DNA of 35,240 nt from Gemmatimonadota bacterium (GTDB lineage Bacteria > Gemmatimonadota > Gemmatimonadetes > Gemmatimonadales > GWC2-71-9): contig JBDHKN010000050.1 in assembly GCA_039586365.1 (NCBI GenBank), positions 1 to 35,240 of the forward strand, given 5' to 3'. The stretch's first letter is position 1. Every line of letters starts with the position of its first letter. Shown piece by piece: positions 27,610 through 35,240 of the stretch. The notes under the pieces were generated by a model. That model was not told the origin of the DNA, did not search any database, and saw nothing but the letters and a program-made list of their open reading frames with translations. Made by a program: the position numbers and the translations under genes.

Positions 27610-28920
27610 CTATGGCTCTCCGAATTTCGTATCTATCTCGATGCCGCAGGCCTGGAGAAATCTGGTAGGCAATTCCCCGCCCGCGAAGATTGCCACCAAG
27701 TCGTTCGGGATGGGCGCAACGATGCCCGACTCGTTCTTCAACACTACTGCATCGGGTTTGATCTCGAGCAGGTTTGTGGACCAGAGGACCTCAACTTGGT
27801 GCCGCTTGATCGCGTCTTCGATTCGCTCCATGTTGCCGGGCTTGATCCGAGCAAAACTGTCTCGTCGATAAGCTATCTTTACCTCATTACCCGGCTGACC
27901 GGACAGGGAGAGAGCCGCCTCAACTGCAGAATCACCACCACCAACGATCACTATGCGATCCCGCTGGAACGCTTCCGGCTCTCGCAAGGAGTAGATGACT
28001 TTGGGAAGCTGTTCTCCGGGAACATTCAGCTTGTGTGGTGTACCACGACGCCCGATTGCCAGCACCACTCTCTTTGTCTTGTACGTCTGCCTGTCACTTG
28101 TCACCAAGAAACAGCCATTCTCAATTGGCTTGACATCGGTGACCTTTTCTTCGGTGTTCACCTCCAAACCCGTACGTGCCACTATGTCTTGCCATTTTGC
28201 CATCAGTTCTTCTTTTGTTACCTCCCTGAAACCGAGCTTGCCATAGCCGGGTACCTTCACGGGTGTTGTCATGACGAGTTTCTTGCGAGGGTAGTACCGC
28301 ACAGTTCCACCGATGTCTTCCTTCTCAATCGTTGCGAACCGTAGTCTGTGATGCAGACAGTTGAGCGATGCCGATAGGCCGGCCGGGCCGCAGCCCACAA
28401 TCACGACGTCCAAGGCGTCTGCCGGACGTTTCCGCTCTCGGGCGATTCCGGCTATGCACTGCCTACCCTGCTCGAACGCATTGCGGATGAGTCCCATCCC
28501 GCCTAGCTCACCGATGATGTAGACGCCGGGGACGTTGGTCTCAAAGTTTTCCTTGATGCGCGGAATGTCGACACCACGTTTCTCGGTGCCAAAGACCAAC
28601 TGAATGGCGTCTGTTGGGCATGCCCGCTCGCATAACCCGTGTCCGATACAGCGAGCGGGACTGATGGGCTTGGCCTGACCGTTGTGCAAGCCGAGCACGT
28701 CCCCCTCGGGACAGACCGAGAGACAGTTGCCGGTCCCAATGCACGCACCGGCGTTGACCACTGGATGGAGGGACATGGGTTCGTGCAGGCCATAGCGTAT
28801 AGCCTCTGTCTCCGCTGTGATCGTCTCCCGTTCCATGCGGCGCTGCCGTAAGTACAATGGCGCTGTGAAGAGAACAAACAGAACAAGTCCAGTGCCGGCG
28901 ATGATGAGACTGTCGGACAT
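27610..28920 (-). CDS. Membrane-anchored 2x[4Fe-4S] ferredoxin fused to a thioredoxin-reductase-like FAD/NAD(P)H oxidoreductase
   Basis: N-terminal TM, CIGTGNCLSVCP and CIGHGLCERACP, ETNVPGVYIIGE, IVGCGPAG (FAD), and IVGGGDSAVE...YRR (NADPH-type). Confidence 0.9.
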   Translation of the reverse strand: MSDSLIIAGTGLVLFVLFTAPLYLRQRRMERETITAETEAIRYGLHEPMSLHPVVNAGACIGTGNCLSVCPEGDVLGLHNGQAKPISPARCIGHGLCERACPTDAIQLVFGTEKRGVDIPRIKENFETNVPGVYIIGELGGMGLIRNAFEQGRQCIAGIARERKRPADALDVVIVGCGPAGLSASLNCLHHRLRFATIEKEDIGGTVRYYPRKKLVMTTPVKVPGYGKLGFREVTKEELMAKWQDIVARTGLEVNTEEKVTDVKPIENGCFLVTSDRQTYKTKRVVLAIGRRGTPHKLNVPGEQLPKVIYSLREPEAFQRDRIVIVGGGDSAVEAALSLSGQPGNEVKIAYRRDSFARIKPGNMERIEDAIKRHQVEVLWSTNLLEIKPDAVVLKNESGIVAPIPNDLVAIFAGGELPTRFLQACGIEIDTKFGEP

Positions 28921-30524
28921 CAGAAATTCGTCCAGAGATTCACGAATATGCTGTTCGCAGTTTGGTGTTTGCCGCGCTGCAGCCGTGCCTGAAGAGTCCA
29001 GAATACGCGTTGACTGATTGGAAACATCAACCCAGCCTCTCCGGTGTGAGCCAGCAGTATGTTGTTTGTACTCTCAGTCCTGTATAGCTGGTAGCTGGCA
29101 CGCGCCTGGACGACGCCGAAGGATCTGTTCAAGCCTGCATACAGGTTCGCGGCCTTAGTGCTTGTCACAGTCCAGTAACTCGCGGCTCCAAAGAGCCCGA
29201 GCCCAGCTAGTGGGGTACGACTCAGGTTGAACGAAGCCGAGTAGGTGTAGGTAATGTCGTTCTCGTTGAATCGATTGGCGGTCACATCCAGGTTGAAGCT
29301 ACCTCCTCTCGCCCAATAGCTGATTCCCGCGTTGCCCTGCTGACGCTTGAAGGAGATTCTGTCCAGCGCAATCAGACTGAATTGGGAGAGTGGCCGGTCC
29401 AATGCATAGCGCGCGCGAAGCGAGAGTCCCTGGACGAGTGGCACAGTGGCATTTGCATGCAACCGAGCCACCGACCACGAGGCACTCTCGGTGTCATGGT
29501 CAACTTGAAGATCACTGCCGAGTCGCACTGCACCTACGGTCAGACGTTGAGACCACCCGACGAACGTGCGGTTGGGTGAGTCGTCCCGCGGCAAGACCTG
29601 ATGGAAAGAAATGTTGGCATAGTACCGAGTGGTTTGACCGGCCTGGTTGAAGTCGACGAACACCGAGTACTTCGGCAATGTCGAATTGGGACCCTCGTTG
29701 GCCCGCTCCGGCTGGAATCCGGCTATCGCTCCCATGCCAAGTCCTCTCTCCCCGTAGTGCAATAGCAGTCCGTCCCAGTATCCGGAAAACGTCTCGAACC
29801 GGTTGTAGAACCTACCAATTTGGAATTGGATCGGCACTCCGTCGAACGATTTCTCTAAGCCTACCTGGTATATGCGGATGGACTGGCTTGGCTGAACCAA
29901 GTCTGCAGAGCTGTAACGGTAGGAGCCCTTCAGGTTCGTCGTGAACTTCAGATCACCGGGCAGGTGGGTCGCGGTCAATCGCAAGCCAAGAGCGGGCGTA
30001 GCGAATTGGCGCTCAACTCGCATCTCTTCATTGCTCAGCCATCGGGTCGTGGATTCGAGAGCGTTCAACTGAAGCGACAACCTACCGGTAACGTCGGGAG
30101 TAGACCCGGTTTGTGTTCGTGTTTGACTCGCTGTTGGTTCAGTGGCGTCTCGTGTGTCTGAAGTTGGCTCGGGAATCACCGCTGCGGCACCAAGTCTAAT
30201 CTGTATCGTGGCTCCCCGGGTTACTGAGAATGGGTCTCCCAGGAACGCAACCACGGATCTGGCGCTAGATGAGCTGACTACGAGAAAGGCTCCGAGGTAT
30301 CTTTCACCCGACTCGTCGTAGACCGACAGGGTATCATCCACCACAACGCCGTCATCAGTTCCTGCCCGTATGTATACGTTAGCTCCAGCGAGCTGCTCGA
30401 CCAACACGGCTAAAGTCGGTTGCTGAGCGGCTGCGGTGGATGCGGTCATGCCATTCAACGAGCAACACAGAGCTGTGACCAGCAGGGCGTTGCTGGCTGT
30501 TCGAGGCGTGAGAATGCTGGTCAT
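28920..30524 (-). CDS. Putative outer-membrane beta-barrel protein associated with multiheme cytochromes
   Basis: Signal peptide, alternating amphipathic beta-strand pattern, QIGRF..FDG-like motif (QIGRFYN...YWDG), and C-terminal aromatic strand IFVNLWTNF. Confidence 0.7.
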   Translation of the reverse strand: MTSILTPRTASNALLVTALCCSLNGMTASTAAAQQPTLAVLVEQLAGANVYIRAGTDDGVVVDDTLSVYDESGERYLGAFLVVSSSSARSVVAFLGDPFSVTRGATIQIRLGAAAVIPEPTSDTRDATEPTASQTRTQTGSTPDVTGRLSLQLNALESTTRWLSNEEMRVERQFATPALGLRLTATHLPGDLKFTTNLKGSYRYSSADLVQPSQSIRIYQVGLEKSFDGVPIQFQIGRFYNRFETFSGYWDGLLLHYGERGLGMGAIAGFQPERANEGPNSTLPKYSVFVDFNQAGQTTRYYANISFHQVLPRDDSPNRTFVGWSQRLTVGAVRLGSDLQVDHDTESASWSVARLHANATVPLVQGLSLRARYALDRPLSQFSLIALDRISFKRQQGNAGISYWARGGSFNLDVTANRFNENDITYTYSASFNLSRTPLAGLGLFGAASYWTVTSTKAANLYAGLNRSFGVVQARASYQLYRTESTNNILLAHTGEAGLMFPISQRVFWTLQARLQRGKHQTANSIFVNLWTNF

Positions 30525-31585
30525 TCAGCCCTCCCGTCAGGGTGACACGAGTAGCAGGCGTTGCTCTCGTACACGTAGCCGCCCTCTTCTCTGTGCTTGT
30601 CATCCATTCCTGACCGATCGTGCTCATGGCAGTTGAAGCACGTGAAAACCTGGAAGTTGCCGGCCGTCGCGTGGCACGTTTGACAGTCGGTCCACCTGCC
30701 GCGATGAGCACCGGAGAAGATCGGGAAGAACTGGGCGTCATGATCGGCGAAGGTTCCGTCCCCCCAGGAGTCAACGGTGTGACACGTCAGGCAGTTCGTG
30801 GGGAACCCAGTGCCAGCGTGCTGACGCTCGTAGTCGCTCTGATGGCAGGCTATGCAGTCGTTTTGGTCGACTGGAGTGAATTGTGAGCCAGTTGTTCCCG
30901 CTTCATGGCAACTCGAGCATCGGATTTGCGAGTGTCTGCCCAACAAGGCAAAACCCCTGGAGACCGCAATGTGATCAAACGCCACGCTGAATGACCAAGC
31001 GAGCGTACTGTGGCATTGCTGGCAGTCGACGGGAAACCCGGCTGCCACATGATCTATTGGCTGTGCACCCCTGTAGTCGCTGTCATGGCATGAGACACAG
31101 CTGGTTTGCTGGGTCGTGAAGGCACCGTCTCGATCGTTGGGGTGGCAACTCTCACACGAAAGCTGGACGTGGGCTCCACTCAGGGGAAGACTGGTCTTGG
31201 CGTGTATTTCCACCCCCCTGACATCTGAGAACACAGTGGTGTTGTGACATGTTGTGCAGTCTGCAGAAAGTCGACCGCGGTGAACGTCAACGTGACAACC
31301 CGTACATCCAGTCGTCGATATCTTGGGTTCGTCGAACAACAGGTCCAGATGGCAGTTAGCGCACTCGATATCCCCGTGTTTGCCTGCCAAGGGGAATCCC
31401 ACGTCGCTGTGGTCGAACTCTAAGGGCACCTTGGTGGGTCGCCATCCTTCAGTCGTGTGACAGGCATCGCAACCGACGGTTGCCGAGAGCATGCCGTGAG
31501 GGTTGAGGCCGTCGCGCTGGGCTGAGCCCACTGCAGGTACGACCGCCATCACCGCAATCATGGTCACTAGGTGTTTGGAATTCAT
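30521..31585 (-). CDS. Multiheme cytochrome c (13 CxxCH)
   Basis: Signal peptide. 13 CxxCH counted, in FDH..FPL.G.H tri-heme-like repeats. Confidence 0.93.
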   Translation of the reverse strand: MNSKHLVTMIAVMAVVPAVGSAQRDGLNPHGMLSATVGCDACHTTEGWRPTKVPLEFDHSDVGFPLAGKHGDIECANCHLDLLFDEPKISTTGCTGCHVDVHRGRLSADCTTCHNTTVFSDVRGVEIHAKTSLPLSGAHVQLSCESCHPNDRDGAFTTQQTSCVSCHDSDYRGAQPIDHVAAGFPVDCQQCHSTLAWSFSVAFDHIAVSRGFALLGRHSQIRCSSCHEAGTTGSQFTPVDQNDCIACHQSDYERQHAGTGFPTNCLTCHTVDSWGDGTFADHDAQFFPIFSGAHRGRWTDCQTCHATAGNFQVFTCFNCHEHDRSGMDDKHREEGGYVYESNACYSCHPDGRAE

Positions 31586-33072
31586 GGGACAACTCCATGG
31601 CAGTCACGACATTCCGTACCGAGCGGCCGGTAGATTCGGTACTCTCTGCCGGTAGAGTCTCTCTCGAGACCGTGGCAGTCAACGCAAGGAACGCTGCGGT
31701 GCGCTCCATCGAGCACGTAACGCGTAGCGGTGTGGTCGAACGACTCGATCTCGAAGGAGTCGGTGTTGTGACAGGCCGAACACTGCTGCCCCTCGAACTG
31801 CCCACCATGGGGATCGTGGGTCATATGGCAGGAGTGGCACTCGGCGCTCTCGAAGTGAAACAGTGGTGTCTCATCTGCTGTTGCTGTGTTGGTGTGGCAG
31901 GCTCGGCATGGTGTAGCAACATGCGCTCCAGTCAGGGTAAAGGTCGCACCGCCATTGTGTCGTTCTATGTCGTATGTCGTGGGAAGCCAGCTGTGCTGTG
32001 TGTGACAGTCCTCACACAACGGACCGCCCGGAGTGTGCTCAAATGCGCCCTCGTGATAGTCCAAGTGACAGGACATGCAGTCTTCGGCGGCCGGTTGGGG
32101 GTAAGAGTTACGATTGGTTCCTTCCAGGTAAGTCAACATCAAACCTTCAGGCTGAGGCTGGTTTCGGTCGTGACATTGCGCGCAGTCGAGCTCGGTGTGG
32201 CGGCCGGCAAGAGGAAAGTTGGTGGCCTCGTGGTCGAACTGGTCTTCAAAAGAAGATCGGTCGATGCGACGCCAGCCGGTCGTGTTATGACAGTTGGCGC
32301 ATGTAATGCCCATGACTCCGCGGTGCTCGTCCCGGTGGCAGGAGCGGCAGGTCGAGTAGCTCAGCTTGGCATATTGGACATTGGCCGCGGGGCCGGTACG
32401 GGATGAGCGAGTCGGCCTGTGACAATCTCGACACGCTACCCTACGATGCAGTCCAGTCAGCTTGTACCGGGACCGGTCGTGATCGAAAAGCTCCGCCCGA
32501 TCCCACGTCGTCTGGGTATGGCACTCCTCACAGCGCTGCTTTCCGAACTGCTCGCCGTGCGGATTCTCCGCGCTGTGACATGCCATGCAGGTGGCACCGA
32601 GGCCGAGAAACGTCCTGTCGAGTGCACCGTGCTCACCCTTGAACTTCAAGACGTTGGTTGCTGTGATCAATTGAGGTTGGTGGCAATCGTCACAGGCAGC
32701 TGTGCGGTGCGCTTCGATCAACTCAAAGCCAACCGCCTCGTGGTCAAACGTGGTGGTATCGAATCTCACTAGAACGAAATCCTCACCGAAGTGCTCCTTG
32801 TGGCAGTCGGCACAGTTCTTCTCCGATACGTCACCGTGAAGTCCTCGGCGTTGTCGTACTCGACTACGCACTGGTTCGTGGCAGTCCAGACACTTGTCGT
32901 TCGAGACACCGCGCTTGCCGAGGGTGTGACAGCTCGTGCAGTTGCGCACTCCACTGAGTTCGCTGTGCGGAGCAGCCAGCTCGCCGGGAGACACAAGCTG
33001 GGCAATTGCAGCCTGCGGCTGTGTCAGTAGCACAAGGAGTGGCCACGGCAGCCGGAGCAGCCGCGCGTTCAT
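31582..33072 (-). CDS. Multiheme cytochrome c (17 CxxCH)
   Basis: Signal peptide, SPGELAAPH start. 17 CxxCH counted, in repeated FDH..F/YxLxGxH units. Confidence 0.93.
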   Translation of the reverse strand: MNARLLRLPWPLLVLLTQPQAAIAQLVSPGELAAPHSELSGVRNCTSCHTLGKRGVSNDKCLDCHEPVRSRVRQRRGLHGDVSEKNCADCHKEHFGEDFVLVRFDTTTFDHEAVGFELIEAHRTAACDDCHQPQLITATNVLKFKGEHGALDRTFLGLGATCMACHSAENPHGEQFGKQRCEECHTQTTWDRAELFDHDRSRYKLTGLHRRVACRDCHRPTRSSRTGPAANVQYAKLSYSTCRSCHRDEHRGVMGITCANCHNTTGWRRIDRSSFEDQFDHEATNFPLAGRHTELDCAQCHDRNQPQPEGLMLTYLEGTNRNSYPQPAAEDCMSCHLDYHEGAFEHTPGGPLCEDCHTQHSWLPTTYDIERHNGGATFTLTGAHVATPCRACHTNTATADETPLFHFESAECHSCHMTHDPHGGQFEGQQCSACHNTDSFEIESFDHTATRYVLDGAHRSVPCVDCHGLERDSTGREYRIYRPLGTECRDCHGVVP

Positions 33073-33085
33073 GCCATGCTGTAGC

Positions 33086-34162
33086 TCAGAAGATCCACGT
33101 ATAGCCGAACAGGATTGCTACAGCCACGTGAATTCCAATGATGAGCAGCATGACCACAGCCAATGGCAAGTGCAGCAAGTGCCAATAGCGGAACAGCCGC
33201 TGGAACGGCTTGAGCAATACGATCTGTTGCTCCAGTTGAAGTTGCGATTGAATCAGAGTGGCTATCGAATCGCGTACGTAGACTGGTCTTTCGTCCGCCA
33301 TCCGTCGTGGTCCGACAGTAGCAGATGGTGCCGAGACAGCCGCGAGGAGTTTTCCGATGCGTCTCTTCTGCGTTCTCTTTGATAAGTCATAACGGACTGC
33401 GAGACCAAGGGCGTGAAAGAAACCCCTTGGCTCACGCACTCTCACTGGAGGAAACAGCAGTTCGACCGCAGCAGGCTTCAAACCGAAGTCACTGGAGATC
33501 GCGGTGACTAGTTCGTCCTTCTGGTGTCGGATCGAATCAAGAGACCGGACCTGGCCTTGTATGGTCTTCGGTATTTGTGCATACAAGTAGCGTCCGAAGA
33601 TACCACTCACGACCACGATGCTCATGCTCCAAAAGGCGATCGAGACGATACCGCCGAACTTGAAGCTTGTGTGGAACAGCACTAGAGCGGGCCCCAGGGT
33701 GCACAGAAAAACGTGCAGCTGTAACCAAGTCCCCAGCTTTCCCACTCCAGCTAGGAAGCGCACCCGCTTCCGGAGTGAGTACATGCCGACGCCCAAGAGC
33801 ATGGACAGTGTGCCAAATATTCCCAGTCCCTGCCCGATGAGCCCGGAGGGTTTGAAGATCTCATGCAGTTCTGAGAAAGGCCGTTCCTGTAACGGTGTTG
33901 CGTAATAGTCCAAGCCCCCCAGTAGCGTGGCGCCCACTATGCATAGCCACACGAGCAGCAGTGTGGCGGAAAGCAGCTGCTGGCCAAGTGCCTTAGGCCG
34001 TCTGACTGGGTAACTTGTTCGGCGACGGGCATCCTCGTGACAACCCGGAGACGCCACAGTTGAAGTGGTTGTGCCGAATGCGGTCTCCAGGGCCGCTGCG
34101 CTACTGTCGGCCATCGCATCCCTCGGATCTGTGTGGTCCCAACTGTTATGACGAAGCAGCAT
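33086..34162 (-). CDS. Cytochrome b / ferric-reductase-like integral membrane protein (start possibly 34114)
   Basis: About 5-6 TM segments with membrane His residues: WLQLHVF, VLFHTSFKFGG, WHLLHLPL and GIHVAV. Confidence 0.75.
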   Translation of the reverse strand: MLLRHNSWDHTDPRDAMADSSAAALETAFGTTTSTVASPGCHEDARRRTSYPVRRPKALGQQLLSATLLLVWLCIVGATLLGGLDYYATPLQERPFSELHEIFKPSGLIGQGLGIFGTLSMLLGVGMYSLRKRVRFLAGVGKLGTWLQLHVFLCTLGPALVLFHTSFKFGGIVSIAFWSMSIVVVSGIFGRYLYAQIPKTIQGQVRSLDSIRHQKDELVTAISSDFGLKPAAVELLFPPVRVREPRGFFHALGLAVRYDLSKRTQKRRIGKLLAAVSAPSATVGPRRMADERPVYVRDSIATLIQSQLQLEQQIVLLKPFQRLFRYWHLLHLPLAVVMLLIIGIHVAVAILFGYTWIF

Positions 34163-34525
34163 GATAAGCTCGTGCGGCTGGCATGTTAGTGACCGAAATC
34201 ACCACAGTGCCGTGGGATCCTGACACCAACGGCGCGCTCTACCGCAAGCTGCGTTCCTGACCACCAAAGTGTATAAACACATGCGACTATTGACTTTGAG
34301 AGATACCTTGCTGATCGGGCACTTGAGTCAAAATGAGGCAGCTGTATCAGAACGAGGCGGTGATCGGTGGGAAAAGCCCGATCGCGCCGTCGGGCAGATC
34401 GCATTGAGTAACCCCGCATGCTTCCTAGATTCCGGTGCCAGGGCATATTTGTGTAGCGCCAGCGTCGAGCTTGGCAGACGATCAGCTCACCAATCTACGA
34501 CAGATTCGGAGAAAGGCCGGACCTC

Positions 34526-35240
34526 ATGTATCGCCTGAGGAATGCCCTGGCAGTGTTACTTGTAGCCACAACTGTTGTCGTAGTAACCAGACCTGGCGAC
34601 GCAGCAGCAATCGGGGTCTGGCAGGTGACGGTCGATAACTTCGCGGCAGCAGCAGCTCCATCAATGGCAATCGATTCCACGAACGACGGTCCCCACGTCT
34701 ATTGGATGAGCGATTCCAGTGCTGTCGTCTTCTATTCCTGTGATGGACAGGTGTTGAGGCCGACACTTCGAGTGGTTGACACCCTCCGTTTCAGCGGTCT
34801 CTGCGACGATTCATCGGATCAGTACGTCATGGTCGTGGCTGAGCCCAAAATAGAACCACACGTGTTTGAGGATGTGAAGCAGATATTTGCGGTCAGCGAT
34901 GTCCACGGTGAGTATGAGCATCTCATTGACCTGCTCCAGAATTCACGTGTTATCGATGAAGAACTGCACTGGAGCTGGGGTGATGGACACCTCGTAGCCC
35001 TCGGCGATGTCTTCGATCGTGGCGATAGAGTGACCGAGGTCCTGTGGTTCCCCATCGGTTGGAGCGGGAAGCGAAGCTGGCGGGCGGTCGAGTCCATCTT
35101 GTGCTCGGCAATCACGAACTCATGGTGATGCGAGGCGATAACCGCATGTCAACGAGAAGTACCTAGACGGTGTAGTGCGCCGGACGGGTATAGGGTGGAT
35201 TCAGCCGGTCATCGCAACACCTCAAGGGAGGTGCTTGCAA
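34526..35240 (+). CDS. Secreted calcineurin-like metallophosphoesterase (Shewanella-like phosphatase type); frameshifted and 3'-incomplete
   Basis: SDVHGE and LGDVFDRG in the first frame. After a shift near 35051, HRLEREAKLAGGRVHLVLGNHELMVMRGDNR follows. A second shift occurs near 35146. Confidence 0.85.

Noticed and set aside
27508..28344. Long plus-strand ORFs (27508-28344, 31597-32406) and other overlapping ORFs such as 9258-9929, 8569-9294 and 18733-19446
   Set aside because: Antisense or alternate-frame shadows of well-supported genes in GC-rich DNA, with no motifs.
35041..35160. Frameshifts in the metallophosphoesterase as programmed recoding or true pseudogenisation
   Set aside because: Two apparent single-base losses within ~100 bp near the window end, one at a C run, with motifs intact. 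Sequencing or assembly error is the simpler explanation, and reads are needed to decide.

Overview
Bacterial chromosomal window of roughly 60% GC (estimated by eye). The gene style (ADOP-type permease, secreted M14 peptidases, small lipoproteins) suggests a Gemmatimonadota/Acidobacteriota-like organism, but that is inference. The left half holds housekeeping and accessory genes: a class A PBP 3' end, two SAM methyltransferases, an ADOP permease, a Nim/PNPOx-like protein, DUF2277, a YcaQ/AlkZ-like glycosylase, a QueG-like Fe-S protein and aspA. It also has a ~1.2 kb integrase-less insert, bounded by an 18-bp direct repeat, that splits a reading frame. The right half has three notable loci. (1) A tandem M14 pseudo-peptidase/peptidase pair. 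(2) The top candidate for an undescribed system: a translationally coupled three-gene operon encoding a 519-aa single-pass membrane protein ending in CHDA-(CHSA)x6-C, a radical SAM/SPASM enzyme with a probable RRE/PqqD-like N-terminus, and a membrane protein of unknown function. (3) A five-gene putative trans-envelope electron conduit: cytochrome b-like membrane protein, 17-heme and 13-heme c cytochromes, a beta-barrel, and a membrane-anchored Fe-S/FAD/NAD(P)H oxidoreductase. The window ends in a frameshifted metallophosphoesterase. No rRNA, tRNA or CRISPR array was recognised.
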